Made by a program: the position numbers and the translations under genes
Shown: positions 20,316-33,236 of the stretch, in pieces
Numbering within the stretch: the first letter of the stretch is position 1
How the letters are laid out: each line of letters starts with the position of its first letter
The notes under the pieces: generated by a model
The model's input: only the letters and a program-made list of their open reading frames with translations
What the model was told of the DNA's origin: nothing
Databases searched by the model: none
Assembly (NCBI GenBank): GCA_902521725.1
Contig: CABYTF010000002.1
Location: 56,171-120,170, forward strand
DNA length: 64,000 bases
Origin: an uncultured Gammaproteobacteria bacterium
Lineage (GTDB): Bacteria; Pseudomonadota; Gammaproteobacteria; GCA-002705445; GCA-002716945
Direction: 5' to 3'

Positions 20316-21573
20316 GGTGTGTACTCAGACTTTTGACTGTAAAGATCCATCAAGTATTGAAACTTATATTAAACTCGGTGGTTATTCGGCGTGGAGGGAG
20401 ATATTAAATCAGCAAACTCCAAAGTCTCAGATAATAGAAACAATCAAAGACTCTCAGCTAAAAGGCAAAGGCGGCGCTGGATTTCTCACAGGCTTAAAGT
20501 GGTCGTTCATATCACCATCTGAATCACAAAAATATTTGGTATGTAACTCAGATGAGAGTGAACCAGGAACTTGTAAGGATAGAGACATACTAAGATATAA
20601 TCCTCATTCTGTTATCGAAGGTATGTTAATTGCCTGTTACGCTATTGGGGCATCCGTTGGTTATAATTACCTTAGGGGTGAATTTATCGGTGATCAATGG
20701 AATGTTACAAATAATGCAGTGAAAGAGGCATACGAACATAACTTTATCGGTGATAATATTTTGGGTTCAAATGTTTCTATAAACATCATTCCACTAATAG
20801 GCGCTGGTGCATATATAGTTGGTGAAGAGACTGCTATGCTTGAATCTATCGAAGGAAAAAGAGGTATGCCTAGAATTAAACCACCATTTCCAGCAGTTCA
20901 AGGACTTTATGGCAAGCCTACTATAATAAACAACACAGAAACCATAGCATCCGTTCCTTATATCATAAAAAATGGAGTAGATTGGTACAAAAATTTAGGT
21001 GCTGGTGATTCACATGGAGTAAAAATGTTTTGTATGAGTGGTCATCTCAACAAACCAAAAGTAATAGAGGCACCACTAGGAACACCATTCTCAAAATTAT
21101 TAGATGAGTGTAATGGAATACTAAATGATAAAAAACTAAAAGCTGTTATACCTGGCGGGTCATCTGTACCTGTTGTTAAAGGTGAGGTTATAATGGATAC
21201 CCCAATGGATTATGAGCCTCTGATGAAAATTGGTACTATGCTAGGGTCTGGCGGTGTGATTGTAATGGATGAAACAACATGCATGGTATCTGTTCTCGAA
21301 CGCATATCTAGATTTTATTATGCTGAGTCATGTGGTCAATGTACGCCATGCCGTGAGGGTACTGGCTGGCTCTATAAAACGCTTGTAAAAATAAGAGCAG
21401 GTCATGGAGACCAATCAGACTTAGACTTACTCAACAGAGTTGCTAATCAAATTGAAGGACATTGTATATGTGCTCTGGGTGACGCAGCAGCTATGCCCGT
21501 GAAAAGCTTTCTCACAAACTTTTGGAATGAGTTTGAGTACTATGTAGAAAAAAAACAATCAATGATTATTTAA
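20308..21573 (+). CDS. nuoF: NADH-quinone oxidoreductase subunit F
   Basis: 421 aa. GKGGAGF (FMN/NADH site) and ESCGQCTPCREG (4Fe-4S). Confidence 0.96.
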   Translation: MIKVCTQTFDCKDPSSIETYIKLGGYSAWREILNQQTPKSQIIETIKDSQLKGKGGAGFLTGLKWSFISPSESQKYLVCNSDESEPGTCKDRDILRYNPHSVIEGMLIACYAIGASVGYNYLRGEFIGDQWNVTNNAVKEAYEHNFIGDNILGSNVSINIIPLIGAGAYIVGEETAMLESIEGKRGMPRIKPPFPAVQGLYGKPTIINNTETIASVPYIIKNGVDWYKNLGAGDSHGVKMFCMSGHLNKPKVIEAPLGTPFSKLLDECNGILNDKKLKAVIPGGSSVPVVKGEVIMDTPMDYEPLMKIGTMLGSGGVIVMDETTCMVSVLERISRFYYAESCGQCTPCREGTGWLYKTLVKIRAGHGDQSDLDLLNRVANQIEGHCICALGDAAAMPVKSFLTNFWNEFEYYVEKKQSMII

Positions 21574-23808
21574 ATGCACATTTATATTAATGACAAAAAA
21601 TTCGATGTAAATGAAAATGATACTATCATTCAGGTAGCAGATCGCAATGATATTCATATTCCGAGATTTTGTTATCACAAAAGATTAAGCATAGTAGCAA
21701 GTTGTAGGATGTGTCTTGTTGACATTGAAAATATGAAATATCCTCAACCAGCATGTTCCACGGTTGTTAAAGAAGGAATGAGAGTGAACACCAATAATAG
21801 GTCCGCAGAGGAAGCTCAAAAAAACACGATGGAGTTTCTATTGATTAACCATCCTCTAGACTGCCCTGTATGTGATCAAGCCGGGGAGTGTGAGCTTCAA
21901 GATGTTTCTCTTGAGCATGGTGATTATAAATCTGCATACAAGGAATTAAAGCGAACAGTTATTGACAAAAATATTGGTGAACTGGTCAATACAGAAATGA
22001 CTAGGTGCATACATTGCAGTAGATGTGTTAGATTCGGAGAGGAGGTCGCTGGAATAAAAGAACTAGGAATGACTGGAAGAGGAGAAGACACTAAGATTGA
22101 GACTTTCATCAATGAAGGTCTATCATCACAACTCTCTGGTAATGTCATTGATCTATGTCCCGTTGGTGCTCTAAATAATAGTTTATATAAATACAGTGCC
22201 CGAACATGGGATTTGAAACAAAAGTTTTCAATCTCATCGAATGACTGTCTTGGATCTAATATTTTTTATCATACATACAATGATGAGATAAAGCGTTGCG
22301 TCCCAAAAGAAGATGATGAAATAAATTTATCTTGGTTGTCTGATAACGATCGTTTTGGTTACGAGGGAATCAAATCTGAAGAGAGAATATTACATCCTTT
22401 GATTAGGCACAATGAAAATCTAGAGAAAACTAATTTTGATTCTATATCAGAAAAATTTATTGAATACCTAGAGAAATACTCATCTCGATCATGTGCCATA
22501 ATGTCAGCGCAATCATCTTGTGAGGAAATGTTCCTTTTCCAAGATTTCCTCCGAAATAAAAATGTAAAAAAAATTGATCATAGATCAAAGGAATGTGATT
22601 TTAGATATCAAAAACATTATCCTATCATTCCATCATTTGATATTAAACTTGTAGACATACAATCTCTCGATAATATCATGATTGTTGGTGCTAATATCTC
22701 AAAAGAGTTTCCCATATTATCTATATATTTTAGAGATGCACACAAAAATAATTCTACAAATATTTTTTCGCTATCAACATATGAATTTGAGGAGAACTTC
22801 CCCTTAGAAAAATCTGATATTTTGAATAGTCAAGAGCTAGAGAATTATTTCACCAACACTAATATTCAGTCAGGTTTCAATCTTGATAAAAGTAAAAAAA
22901 ATCTTATATTGATTGGACCAGCCATTTCATATCTTTCTAACTACTCAAATATTCTCAATAATTTCAGTGAATATGCTAAATCGATCAATGCAAATCTTGC
23001 ACTATTGGGTGATCAGGCAAACACATCTGGCGCATGGGCTATGGGAATATTGCCTCACAGACTACCTGGAGGAGTTTCTATTGACGGACAGGAAAACAGC
23101 TATGAGCTACTGAGTGATAAAGATGACCTACTAATAATTTATAATCTTGAGCCAGAGTATGATTTTTCAGATGACAACAAAATTATAGATAGATTGAAGG
23201 ACTCAAAAGTAAACATTTTCTTTTCTTCTTATATGACAGAGTCAATAAAAAAATATGCTGATATTGTTTTTCCTTTATCAACGCAAGTTGAATCAAAGGG
23301 CTCTTATTTGAATACAAATAAAAAGTTGCAACATTATAATAAAATAATCAATCCACTTGGGGAAAGCCGAGAAGGAGCAGATATTCTATTAGGTTTATGT
23401 AACACAATAGATAAGGACTATACACATGATTCAATCAGAGAGAAAATTAGAGAAATATTAGCTGATATTAATGTTAGCAATAATTATGTCCGAATTAAAA
23501 ATCTGAAGAAGATTAGCACTACTAATTCCCTAGAGAAGATTATTATAAGAAATCCTAATTCAAGTAATCCTACACTCAGAAGATGTAATTCTATAATAAA
23601 AACTCATGACAATGATGATTACTTTAGTCTGCCATTAGATAAGAGCGTAAGTAGTAATGATAAAATTATATTTAATGAAAAAAATAATAAATTTAAACTC
23701 ACTATTAAACAGAAAGCTCATTCCAAACCTGTTAATGCGGTTTTGGTAAAAATAGGTGGAACACATAAACAAAAGATAGGCGCCTACAGTACTGAAGTAG
23801 ACTTATAA
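21574..23808 (+). CDS. nuoG: NADH-quinone oxidoreductase subunit G
   Basis: 744 aa. N-terminal Fe-S motifs [29 protein letters not shown] and [10 protein letters not shown]. The C-terminal third is divergent. Confidence 0.93.
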   Translation: MHIYINDKKFDVNENDTIIQVADRNDIHIPRFCYHKRLSIVASCRMCLVDIENMKYPQPACSTVVKEGMRVNTNNRSAEEAQKNTMEFLLINHPLDCPVCDQAGECELQDVSLEHGDYKSAYKELKRTVIDKNIGELVNTEMTRCIHCSRCVRFGEEVAGIKELGMTGRGEDTKIETFINEGLSSQLSGNVIDLCPVGALNNSLYKYSARTWDLKQKFSISSNDCLGSNIFYHTYNDEIKRCVPKEDDEINLSWLSDNDRFGYEGIKSEERILHPLIRHNENLEKTNFDSISEKFIEYLEKYSSRSCAIMSAQSSCEEMFLFQDFLRNKNVKKIDHRSKECDFRYQKHYPIIPSFDIKLVDIQSLDNIMIVGANISKEFPILSIYFRDAHKNNSTNIFSLSTYEFEENFPLEKSDILNSQELENYFTNTNIQSGFNLDKSKKNLILIGPAISYLSNYSNILNNFSEYAKSINANLALLGDQANTSGAWAMGILPHRLPGGVSIDGQENSYELLSDKDDLLIIYNLEPEYDFSDDNKIIDRLKDSKVNIFFSSYMTESIKKYADIVFPLSTQVESKGSYLNTNKKLQHYNKIINPLGESREGADILLGLCNTIDKDYTHDSIREKIREILADINVSNNYVRIKNLKKISTTNSLEKIIIRNPNSSNPTLRRCNSIIKTHDNDDYFSLPLDKSVSSNDKIIFNEKNNKFKLTIKQKAHSKPVNAVLVKIGGTHKQKIGAYSTEVDL

Positions 23809-23810
23809 TC

Positions 23811-24824
23811 ATGGATATTATTTTTTATATTATTAACACACTTGTGTCGATATTGATGGTTGTTGTGCCCCTATTCCTAATCGTAGCATATGTCACATAT
23901 TCAGAAAGAAAAATTATTGGTTTTATGCAATCAAGGATGGGTCCAACAAGAGTAGGACCTTCTGGTCTACTTCAACCCATAGCAGATGTTTTAAAATTAG
24001 TTTCTAAAGAAATAATAATACCTACTAACGCAAATAAAGGTATTTTTCTCACAGCGCCAATGTTAATGCTTGTCCCATCTTTGCTAGTTTGGGCTGTGAT
24101 CCCTTTATCTGAATTTTTCATCATCTCAAATATCAATGCAGGTTTGTTATTTATATTAGCTCTTACTTCACTTAGCGTGTACGGTGTAATTCTTGCTGGA
24201 TGGGCCTCTAATTCAAAGTATGCATTCCTTGGTTCTATGAGATCAGCAGCTCAAATTATTGCATATGAGATAGCTATGGGTTTTGCTCTGGTTGGTGTGT
24301 TAATGCTCTCTGGGAGTTTGAATTTACAAGTTATAATTCAAGAGCAGTCAGGATCAATACTCAATTGGTTCTGGATTCCATTATTTCCTCTATTCTTAAT
24401 TTATTTTATTGCAGGAGTTGCTGAGACGAACAGAGCACCATTTGATGTATCGGAGGGGGAATCTGAGATTGTGGCTGGTTTTCATGTTGAATACTCTGGC
24501 ATGGCATTCGCTATGTTTTTCCTCGCAGAATATATGAATTTAATACTCATAAGCATACTATCAAGTATCATGTTTTTTGGAGGTTGGCTATCGCCTTTTC
24601 AAGGAACGTTTTTAGATACCTATTTCTCCTTTGTCCCAGGTTTTGTATGGCTATCACTTAAAACACTTATTTTTATTTTTATATTTCTATGGTTGAGAGC
24701 AACTCTACCGAGATATAGATATGATCAAATTATGCGTTTGGGATGGAAGGTTTTTTTACCAATAACATTCTTTTGGCTCACGGTTATAGGTATACTAATA
24801 TATCTTAAATATTTACCATTATAA
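23811..24824 (+). CDS. nuoH: NADH-quinone oxidoreductase subunit H
   Basis: 337 aa ND1-like protein. Contains [14 protein letters not shown] and AETNRAPFD. Confidence 0.96.
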   Translation: MDIIFYIINTLVSILMVVVPLFLIVAYVTYSERKIIGFMQSRMGPTRVGPSGLLQPIADVLKLVSKEIIIPTNANKGIFLTAPMLMLVPSLLVWAVIPLSEFFIISNINAGLLFILALTSLSVYGVILAGWASNSKYAFLGSMRSAAQIIAYEIAMGFALVGVLMLSGSLNLQVIIQEQSGSILNWFWIPLFPLFLIYFIAGVAETNRAPFDVSEGESEIVAGFHVEYSGMAFAMFFLAEYMNLILISILSSIMFFGGWLSPFQGTFLDTYFSFVPGFVWLSLKTLIFIFIFLWLRATLPRYRYDQIMRLGWKVFLPITFFWLTVIGILIYLKYLPL

Positions 24825-24826
24825 TT

Positions 24827-25309
24827 ATGAATAAGATTATCAAGTTTATAAAAAGTTTATTCTTTCTTGAGATACTGAAAGGACTCAAAATAACAGGTCG
24901 TAAATTATCTAAGAAACCCATAACAATCCAGTACCCTGAGGAAAAAACGCCACTATCATCAAGATTTAGAGGCTTACATGCTCTAAGAAAATATCCTAAC
25001 GGTGAAGAAAGATGCATTGGATGCAAACTATGCGAGGCTGTATGTCCTGCATTAGCTATTTCAATGGATACCGAGGTGAGGAGTGATAATACTAGAAGAA
25101 CTACTAAATATGAAATTGATTTATTTAAGTGTATTTACTGTGGCTTCTGTGAAGAGGCATGTCCAGTAGACGCAATTGTTGAAACAAGTATATTTGAGTA
25201 TCATTTTGAGCGTAGGAAAGATAGTGTGATGAATAAAATTGATCTTCTCAAAATAGGTGATATGTATGAGAAAGAAGAGCTTAAAGATAGAGAAAAAAAT
25301 AAAGCATGA
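24827..25309 (+). CDS. nuoI: NADH-quinone oxidoreductase subunit I
   Basis: 160 aa with two ferredoxin motifs, [12 protein letters not shown] and [12 protein letters not shown]. Confidence 0.96.
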   Translation: MNKIIKFIKSLFFLEILKGLKITGRKLSKKPITIQYPEEKTPLSSRFRGLHALRKYPNGEERCIGCKLCEAVCPALAISMDTEVRSDNTRRTTKYEIDLFKCIYCGFCEEACPVDAIVETSIFEYHFERRKDSVMNKIDLLKIGDMYEKEELKDREKNKA

Positions 25310-25902
25310 ACACTGAACTTATAACTTTTTTTATTTTTAGTTTTTTACTAATTGTCACATCTGTTAAAGTAATCACATCTTCAAATCCTGTCTTATCTGC
25401 AATTTATTTAGTTTTTTCATTTTTTTTATCTGCAGTATTGTGGCTTTTATTAGGCGCTGAATTTTTATCAATCATACTCATTCTGGTATACGTAGGTGCC
25501 GTAATGGTATTATTTTTGTTTGTAGTTATGATGCTTGATATCAATATTGCAAAAAAGAGTGCCGCTTATATTAAGTATCTACCAGTCGGTATTGGAGTCT
25601 TTGTAATATTTAATGTACTGATAATATTCTTCTTTATTAGTACTTTTGAGAATATTAATTATAATGCGATCAATAGTATCAATGTCATAAGCGAAAGTAA
25701 CACGGAAAATCTTGGTTATGTTTTATTTACTGATTATATTGTCGAATTTGAGATTGCGGGCTTAATTCTTCTACTTGGTATTTTGTCTGCAATCGTTCTC
25801 ACCTATCGCAAAAATCCAAATAATAAATATCAAAATCCAACAGAACAAATTGACGTAGAAAAAAAGGATAGATTGAAAATTATTAAAGGTTTAAAAGAGT
25901 AG
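25306..25902 (+). CDS. nuoJ: NADH-quinone oxidoreductase subunit J
   Basis: 198-aa ND6-like membrane ORF in the canonical position. ATGA overlap with nuoI. Confidence 0.9.
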   Translation: MNTELITFFIFSFLLIVTSVKVITSSNPVLSAIYLVFSFFLSAVLWLLLGAEFLSIILILVYVGAVMVLFLFVVMMLDINIAKKSAAYIKYLPVGIGVFVIFNVLIIFFFISTFENINYNAINSINVISESNTENLGYVLFTDYIVEFEIAGLILLLGILSAIVLTYRKNPNNKYQNPTEQIDVEKKDRLKIIKGLKE

Positions 25903-25903
25903 T

Positions 25904-26209
25904 ATGATACCAATAAGCTATTATCTTATACTAAGCACTATTATATTCACTTTGTCTGTTGCAGGGATATTTCTAAATAGAAAAAATATATTAGTCCTTC
26001 TAATGTCATTAGAGTTAATGTTTCTATCGGTCAATTTTAATCTAATCACATTAGGCAACTATCTTGGCGATCTTACAGGGCAAGTTTTTGTCTTTTTTGT
26101 TCTCACTGTTGTAGCTGCTGAGTCTGCGATTGGCCTTGCATTACTAATTGTGCTTTTCAGAAATAAAAAAACTATAGATGTTGATGATCTATCGGAGCTC
26201 AAGGGTTGA
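25904..26209 (+). CDS. nuoK: NADH-quinone oxidoreductase subunit K
   Basis: 101 aa, three TM segments, ND4L-like ([16 protein letters not shown]). Confidence 0.93.
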   Translation: MIPISYYLILSTIIFTLSVAGIFLNRKNILVLLMSLELMFLSVNFNLITLGNYLGDLTGQVFVFFVLTVVAAESAIGLALLIVLFRNKKTIDVDDLSELKG

Positions 26210-28134
26210 TCGCACTAACTCTTATATTATTGTTATCACCACTGATTGGAACGCTACTTTTATTGTTATGTCAAAACTCATCTAAAGACTTGACCATACT
26301 CATTTCAAATATTTCTATTCTGATTGCTTTCTTGTTATCACTATTTATCCTTTATCTTTTTTATTCTTCCAATCCAGGACCTATATCAGCTAATTTTTTA
26401 ACATTCGCAGATACAAAACTATTTTCTTTACATTTTGGTATCTACATAGATTCCTTAGCATTAATTATGAGCAGTGTAGTTACATCAGTGTCTCTATTAG
26501 TTCATTATTATTCAATCTCATATATGAAGGACGATACATCATTTAACAGATTTTTTATCTATACTAACTTTTTCACATTTTCCATGCTCTTGATAGTTTT
26601 CGCTAATAATTTTTTACAGCTTTTCATCGGCTGGGAGCTTGTAGGTTTATCATCATACTTACTAATAGGTTTTTGGATAAAAAAAGAATCTGCTATTAAA
26701 GCGAACTATAAAGCCTTTCTAGTTAACAGAGTGGGTGATATTGGATTACTGTTAGGCTTATGTTTAATACTACTCTCATACAATACAACAGATTATAATC
26801 AAATATTTCAAATTAAAAATTCTATTAACATTGATAGTGTAAGTATATTCGGATTTACATTTAATGCATTGAGCGCAATTTGCTTGCTTTTATTTATTGG
26901 AGCTATGGCAAAATCTGCACAAGTGCCTTTACAATTTTGGTTACCTGACTCAATGGAAGGACCTACTCCAATCTCAGCGTTAATTCATGCAGCAACTATG
27001 GTTACTGCTGGTATTTATATGGTCGCTCGTCTCTCGCCATTATATGAACTTACTGATGGAGTTTTAATTTTCATACTTTATGTTGGGTCAATTACAGCTT
27101 TTTTCCTAGGATTAGTGGCTCTAGTTCAAAATGATATAAAACGAATAATAGCTTATTCTACCATATCTCAATTAGGATATATGACAGCGGCTTTAGGTGC
27201 ATCATTATACTCACTAGCGATGTTCCACTTAATTACACACGCTTTTTTCAAAGCTCTTCTATTTTTATGTGCGGGATCAATCATTATTAAATGTCACCAT
27301 GAGCAAGATATTAGAAAAATAGGAGGCCTGAGAAAATATATGCCAATAACATATCTAGCTTTTATGTATGCATCTCTATCATTGATAGGATTCCCTATAA
27401 CATCTGGTTTCTACTCAAAAGAATCAATCATCGATGCAATTGGATATTTTGGACATACAATACCTTATCTAATGTTGCTATTATCGATATTTACAACAAC
27501 ATTATATACTTCCAAAATATTCTTCAAAGTTTTCTTTGGCGAATCTACTTTACCTAAAGAAGAACAGAATGAAAATCCTAGTAATGAGAATGATAGGCAA
27601 ATGCTACTTCCGTTATTCATTCTAACAGCTCCATCTGTATTTCTGGGACTTTTTATTTATGATCCACTTATGATAGGAATTCTTTTTCAAAACTCACTTG
27701 CAGCAAACGAGCTCATGATGTCTTTTTATAACGGTTATGTTATTAACTCCTTCAAATTCTTCCTGCATTCATTTACGACTATAAATTTCTTAATTTTACT
27801 CATAGGCTTGATTTTCAGTTACTTATACTATTATAAAAAAGCATTCAGTATAAACGTGCCGCACTTTATTAGAACAACTCTTACAAAAGAATACGGGTTC
27901 GAGAGTTTATCTTCATACTTAATACCTAAGGTCCAGAATATTTTTACAAAATATCTATGGAGAAAGATCGATATTTCTACAATCGATAATGGGTTGATCA
28001 ATAATACATCAAGTTTTATTAACAATCTGTCCAGTAAAATGAAAAAACTTCAAACTGGATTTATTTATCACTATTCTCTGATAATCATATCAGCATTAAT
28101 CTTACTATTGATACTAATGAGGATAACCCACTAA
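26206..28134 (+). CDS. nuoL: NADH-quinone oxidoreductase subunit L
   Basis: 642-aa ND5-like antiporter subunit. TTG start overlaps the nuoK TGA (TTGA). Confidence 0.93.
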   Translation: MIALTLILLLSPLIGTLLLLLCQNSSKDLTILISNISILIAFLLSLFILYLFYSSNPGPISANFLTFADTKLFSLHFGIYIDSLALIMSSVVTSVSLLVHYYSISYMKDDTSFNRFFIYTNFFTFSMLLIVFANNFLQLFIGWELVGLSSYLLIGFWIKKESAIKANYKAFLVNRVGDIGLLLGLCLILLSYNTTDYNQIFQIKNSINIDSVSIFGFTFNALSAICLLLFIGAMAKSAQVPLQFWLPDSMEGPTPISALIHAATMVTAGIYMVARLSPLYELTDGVLIFILYVGSITAFFLGLVALVQNDIKRIIAYSTISQLGYMTAALGASLYSLAMFHLITHAFFKALLFLCAGSIIIKCHHEQDIRKIGGLRKYMPITYLAFMYASLSLIGFPITSGFYSKESIIDAIGYFGHTIPYLMLLLSIFTTTLYTSKIFFKVFFGESTLPKEEQNENPSNENDRQMLLPLFILTAPSVFLGLFIYDPLMIGILFQNSLAANELMMSFYNGYVINSFKFFLHSFTTINFLILLIGLIFSYLYYYKKAFSINVPHFIRTTLTKEYGFESLSSYLIPKVQNIFTKYLWRKIDISTIDNGLINNTSSFINNLSSKMKKLQTGFIYHYSLIIISALILLLILMRITH

Positions 28135-29637
28135 ATGCTTGACTACCCAATACTTAGTATTTTGATTTGGCTACCTATTTTAGTTGGGCTTATATTAGTC
28201 GCATCAAATGATATAGGTAAGTCATTATCAACGGTAATCACTTTATTAACCACCCTAATTATCTTGATTATCTCTGTTAAGCTTTTTCAATCTTATGATT
28301 ATTCTCTAGGAAATTTACAATTTGTAGAGAGATTTGTATGGATATCTGGTTTGAATATTTTTTACTATCTTGCAGTTGACGGTATCTCTGTATCATTAGT
28401 ACTTTTAACATCATTTATAAATTTCTTGATCGCAATTTATGCTTCTTCCGAAGATTATAATAATAAGTCATCATATTTAGGTTATTTTCTAATACTTGAA
28501 GGTTTACTGATGGGAACTTTTTCTGCTTTTGATAGCATCCTGTTTTATATATTTTTTGAGAGTCTATTAATACCACTTTTTTTAATAATAGGAATATGGG
28601 GAGGAGAGAATAGAAAGTATGCAACTATTAAATTTTTCCTTTATACGTTTTTTGGATCAGTACTAATGCTGATATCAATAATTTACTTAGCAAACTTAGC
28701 CGACTCATTCGCTATAGAAGATTTCTATTATTTAACTCTATCATTCGAGGAGGAAGTTCTACTTTTACTCGCTTTTCTGATTGGTTTTGGTATAAAAATT
28801 CCTATGTGGCCAGTACATACATGGTTGCCAGATGCGCATGTGGAAGCACCGACCAGCGGATCTGTCATATTGGCCTCTGTTCTTCTTAAAGTTGGCGGGT
28901 ATGGAATGATTAGATTCTTGTTACCGATTACAACTGAGGCTGGAATTTATCTGAGTGATTATATGATTTATCTGTCACTTATTGCAATAATTTACATAAG
29001 CTTTGTTGCATTTGCTCAAGAGGATATGAAAAAACTTATAGCCTATTCTTCTGTTGCTCATATGGGCTTTGTAACAATGGGAATATTTCTAGTTTTTAAT
29101 CTTATGGGAAATAATCCAACTGCAGCAGCAATTGGACTTGAGGGGGCAATGGTTCAAATGATATCCCACGGCCTAATTTCTGCAGCATTATTTTTTTGTA
29201 TCGGTATTATGTACAAGCATTCCCATTCCAGATTAATAAAAGATAATTTCGGGGTGGCACAGTTTATGCCAATATTCTCTTTTATGATGGTCTTTTTCTT
29301 AATGGCTAATTCAGGCTTACCAGGTACCTCTGGGTTCGTCGGGGAATTTCTAGTTATAACATCTTCTCTTGGCTCAAGCTTTCTTTTTGGCTTCCTTGCG
29401 GCTCTTTCATTAATACTGTCTGCATCTTATTCACTTAAATTAGGAAAAAATGTTTTATTTGGAGATAATCAGAAAAATTCTCAAGGATATTTGGAGTGTA
29501 AAAGTAACGAGAAAATCGTTTTAGGCACTTTAGTCATCTTCGTACTCTATTTGGGAATAAGTCCCGATGTATTATTTAATCTTTTGGATAAATCAGTCAG
29601 TGACATTATCTCGTCAATATCTATAGGAAAAGCCTGA
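28135..29637 (+). CDS. nuoM: NADH-quinone oxidoreductase subunit M
   Basis: 500-aa ND4-like protein (WLPDAHVEAPTSGSVILA). Confidence 0.95.
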   Translation: MLDYPILSILIWLPILVGLILVASNDIGKSLSTVITLLTTLIILIISVKLFQSYDYSLGNLQFVERFVWISGLNIFYYLAVDGISVSLVLLTSFINFLIAIYASSEDYNNKSSYLGYFLILEGLLMGTFSAFDSILFYIFFESLLIPLFLIIGIWGGENRKYATIKFFLYTFFGSVLMLISIIYLANLADSFAIEDFYYLTLSFEEEVLLLLAFLIGFGIKIPMWPVHTWLPDAHVEAPTSGSVILASVLLKVGGYGMIRFLLPITTEAGIYLSDYMIYLSLIAIIYISFVAFAQEDMKKLIAYSSVAHMGFVTMGIFLVFNLMGNNPTAAAIGLEGAMVQMISHGLISAALFFCIGIMYKHSHSRLIKDNFGVAQFMPIFSFMMVFFLMANSGLPGTSGFVGEFLVITSSLGSSFLFGFLAALSLILSASYSLKLGKNVLFGDNQKNSQGYLECKSNEKIVLGTLVIFVLYLGISPDVLFNLLDKSVSDIISSISIGKA

Positions 29638-31067
29638 TGCTCGAACTATTTTATATCCCTGAGGTTATACTCTCTATCGGAGTTCTTCTCGTAATTATAA
29701 TTGATCTATATCTTCAGAAACATAAGTATATTTCATTTTTCTTAATACAGCTTTTGTTAATAATTGCATCATTGTATGCTCTAACTGAAGTTCCACAACA
29801 AAACTACAGTTCCTATGAATTTAGTGAGTTTACTAGTTCGATCAAATTCATACTCCTTTTAGGGGCAATAATTATTTTTCAATATACTTATCAGCATCTA
29901 AATTATTTAAATAGTCTTAAGATTGAGTATTTCACTATTTCTATTCTAGGTCTAGTTGGCACTATGGTAATGATTTCAGCATATAGTTTATTGATGCTTT
30001 ATTTAGGAATAGAACTTTTATCTCTGGCACTATATGCGCTTATTGGTTTTAACAAACACTCTGGATTATCCTCTGAGGCAGCTATAAAGTATTATGTTTT
30101 AGGCGCAATGTCATCTGGTATCCTATTGTTTGGAATATCACTAATTTATGGATTCACTGGTTCTATCAATTATTTTGATATTGCTGATCAAATTAGAAAT
30201 ATTAACAGCACCTCCGTTCAGTATTTAGGTATCATTTTTGGGTTAATATTCATCACGGCAAGTTTGTGCTTCAAGTTTGGTGCAGCACCATTTCACATCT
30301 GGGTACCAGATATTTATCAAGGTTCATTAATAAGCACTACTATTCTTCTTAGTACACTTCCCAAAATAGGCGTATTTATCGTTTTTCTAAAATTATACTT
30401 TATCCCATTTATGGCATTAGAATATGTCTGGTCAGATATTTTAATCTTCATAGGTATCGCATCAATTATTATCGGTAGTATATTTGCCCTCACTCAAGAA
30501 AATATTAAAAGACTTCTAGCATATTCCGCTATATCAAATATAGGTTTTATAATTCTAGCAATGGCACTCGTGTCTAATGATGGCCTTCATGCATCATTGT
30601 ACTATACAATTGTTTATTCATTCACTGCTCTGGCTTCATTTGGAGTTGTGACACACATTACCTCTAACAGTCATGGAATTGAAGATATTTCAGATTTAGC
30701 TGGACTGTCGAAAACTCATCCATATTTTGCAATACTTATTCTTATTACGATGTTATCTTCTGCAGGTATACCGCCTTTAATTGGTTTTCATGCAAAGTTG
30801 ATGGTGATTCAAGCGTTGATAAATAATAGTTATATTCTTATTTCGATAATTGTTGTTTTGATGACTGTTGTGTCTGCATATTACTATTTAAGAGTGATTA
30901 AAACCGTTTACTTCGAGGATCGAGAGAACTTAATCTCCACATATACAAGCAGTAATATTCTTTTATCAATAAATGTAATTTTGCTCTTAGGTTTGGGAAT
31001 TTTTCCTTTCATATTGTTCGATACTACAAGCTTTCTTGTTGATCTTCTCACAGTTATTTCTATTTAA
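29637..31067 (+). CDS. nuoN: NADH-quinone oxidoreductase subunit N
   Basis: 476-aa ND2-like protein, last gene of the array. Confidence 0.93.
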   Translation: MLELFYIPEVILSIGVLLVIIIDLYLQKHKYISFFLIQLLLIIASLYALTEVPQQNYSSYEFSEFTSSIKFILLLGAIIIFQYTYQHLNYLNSLKIEYFTISILGLVGTMVMISAYSLLMLYLGIELLSLALYALIGFNKHSGLSSEAAIKYYVLGAMSSGILLFGISLIYGFTGSINYFDIADQIRNINSTSVQYLGIIFGLIFITASLCFKFGAAPFHIWVPDIYQGSLISTTILLSTLPKIGVFIVFLKLYFIPFMALEYVWSDILIFIGIASIIIGSIFALTQENIKRLLAYSAISNIGFIILAMALVSNDGLHASLYYTIVYSFTALASFGVVTHITSNSHGIEDISDLAGLSKTHPYFAILILITMLSSAGIPPLIGFHAKLMVIQALINNSYILISIIVVLMTVVSAYYYLRVIKTVYFEDRENLISTYTSSNILLSINVILLLGLGIFPFILFDTTSFLVDLLTVISI

Positions 31068-31106
31068 CTTGAAAATAAATCTCATAAACTATAGACTTCG
31101 AATCAG

Positions 31107-31183
<77 letters not shown>

Positions 31184-31237
31184 AGAATCTGTAAATTTCA
31201 TTCGCATTCATTGAATTTTGATATACAATACAAACAC

Positions 31238-31260
31238 GGCTCCATTTGGGGCCATTTTAA
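31238..31260 (+). terminator. weak hairpin/attenuator between metY and rimP
   Basis: GGCTCC-attt-GGGGCC (6-bp stem including one G-U pair) followed by ATTTTAA. E. coli has a partial terminator at the equivalent position. Confidence 0.4.
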
Positions 31261-31269
31261 TGCGTATTT

Positions 31270-31725
31270 ATGAACGATACTGAAGAAAAGCTTATGAATA
31301 GACTCAATAATATTCTCGAGAACGATCTCGAAGCGATAAATGTTAAAATATTTGGATCTCGAAATCAAAAATCTATTGAAATTATGATTGAATCTAATCA
31401 AGGAGTCACGATTAATACGTGCGCGGATGTAACAAAGCTCGCGCAGAATATTATCAAACTTGATAGTTTAGTTGATAGTGATTATAGAATTGAGGTATCT
31501 TCGCCAGGAATTAATAGACCTCTATTTAATATAAGTGATTTTATAAAATATCAAGGTGAAAAAGCGTTTATTGAGCTTAAAAGAAGCGTTAATAATCAAA
31601 AACGTTTTACCGGAGAATATAAAGTAATCAATAAAAAAATAACTTTTCCTTATCAAGATAATACCATTGAGATATCAATAGATGATATAAAAAAAGCTAA
31701 CCTAATTAGGGAGATTAAAGTATGA
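31270..31725 (+). CDS. rimP: ribosome maturation factor RimP
   Basis: 151 aa. Contains IEVSSPGINRPL. Conserved position before nusA, with a 4-nt overlap. Confidence 0.88.
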   Translation: MNDTEEKLMNRLNNILENDLEAINVKIFGSRNQKSIEIMIESNQGVTINTCADVTKLAQNIIKLDSLVDSDYRIEVSSPGINRPLFNISDFIKYQGEKAFIELKRSVNNQKRFTGEYKVINKKITFPYQDNTIEISIDDIKKANLIREIKV

Positions 31726-33236
31726 ATAAAGAGATTCTTCTAATAATCGATACTGTTTCAAACGAAAAAAATGTAGATAGAGAAATTATTATTGATGCCA
31801 TGGAGCATGCACTAGCATCAGCTGTCAAAAAGAAATATAAACTTGATAATAAAACTCAAGATGAGATAGATGTTCAGGTAGCGATTAATCAAGATGACGG
31901 GTCATACAAAACATTACGAAGATGGGAAGTAGTAGACGAAATGTTAGTCGATGACGAATATGAGATGAAAATGTTATTAGACTTAGCGAAAGAAAAAGAC
32001 CCAAAAATAGAAGTCGGAGACTTTATCACTGAAGAAATTGAATCGGTTCAATTTGGAAGAATTGTTGCGCAGACCGCCAAACAAAATATTGTATCGCGAT
32101 TAAAGGCTGCGGAAAGAAACAGAATCGTTGATCTATACTCTCCTAAGATAGGTGAGCTATTATTTGGAATTGTAAGAAGAGTTGATAAGAATAATGTTTT
32201 CTTAGATCTGAGTTCAAATGAAAGTGGAAGCGTATCTGACGAGGCGATGATTTTAAAAGATAATTTAATTCCTAGAGAAATTATAAAGCCAGGTGATAGA
32301 ATTAGAGGATATTTGATGGATGTTCAATCTGAGTCTAGAGGACCCCAACTTTATATCTCAAGAAAATGTTCTGAGTTCTTAATTGAACTTTTCCGATTAG
32401 AGGTTCCTGAGGTAGGTCAAGGTATTATCGAAATACTCGGTGCTTCGAGAGACCCTGGCGTAAGAGCAAAAATAGCTGTTAAATCTAATGATCCAAAGTT
32501 AGATGCTATCGGCGCATGCGTTGGGATGAGAGGGTCTCGGGTTCAATCAGTTTCAAATGAACTAGCAGGGGAGAGAATCGATATTATTCCTTGGGACGAC
32601 GATCCTGCTAAATTTGTTATAAATGCTATGTCACCCGCAGAAGTTTTATCAATAGTAGTCGATGAAACAAGTAAGACAATGGACATTGCTGTAGCTGAGG
32701 AGCAATTATCGCAAGCAATTGGAAGAGGCGGTCAGAATGTTAGACTTGCCAGCGAGCTTACAGGTTGGAACTTAAATGTCATGAGTAAAGATGAAGCTGA
32801 TGATAAGAATACGCAAGAAGAAGAAGTAACTGCTGCTAAATTCCAAAAAGATCTTAATGTTGATAATGATGTGGCAAAGATTCTTGCTGAGGAAGGCTTT
32901 ACAAGTATAGACGAGATTGCATTGTGTGAAATTGAGGAGCTTGAGAATATCAATGGTTTTGACAGAGAACTAGTTAGCGAACTAAGGAAAAGAGCCATTG
33001 ATGAATATGAAAAGCAACAAAAAGAAATTAATGATAAAAATTCATTAACAAATTTAGATGATTTAACCGACGATCAAGTCACTTTACTGAAAAATAGTGA
33101 TATATTAACTATTAATGATATAGCAGACTTATCGATTGACGAATTGCTAGATATTATTGACATTTCAAATGAGACTGCTGGCAAAATAATTATGAAAGCT
33201 AGAGAAAGCTGGTTTGACGAGGAAAATGACGGATAA
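31722..33236 (+). CDS. nusA: transcription termination/antitermination factor NusA
   Basis: 504 aa with S1 and KH domains (GRGGQNVRLASELTGW) and a C-terminal acidic HhH repeat region. Confidence 0.96.
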   Translation: MNKEILLIIDTVSNEKNVDREIIIDAMEHALASAVKKKYKLDNKTQDEIDVQVAINQDDGSYKTLRRWEVVDEMLVDDEYEMKMLLDLAKEKDPKIEVGDFITEEIESVQFGRIVAQTAKQNIVSRLKAAERNRIVDLYSPKIGELLFGIVRRVDKNNVFLDLSSNESGSVSDEAMILKDNLIPREIIKPGDRIRGYLMDVQSESRGPQLYISRKCSEFLIELFRLEVPEVGQGIIEILGASRDPGVRAKIAVKSNDPKLDAIGACVGMRGSRVQSVSNELAGERIDIIPWDDDPAKFVINAMSPAEVLSIVVDETSKTMDIAVAEEQLSQAIGRGGQNVRLASELTGWNLNVMSKDEADDKNTQEEEVTAAKFQKDLNVDNDVAKILAEEGFTSIDEIALCEIEELENINGFDRELVSELRKRAIDEYEKQQKEINDKNSLTNLDDLTDDQVTLLKNSDILTINDIADLSIDELLDIIDISNETAGKIIMKARESWFDEENDG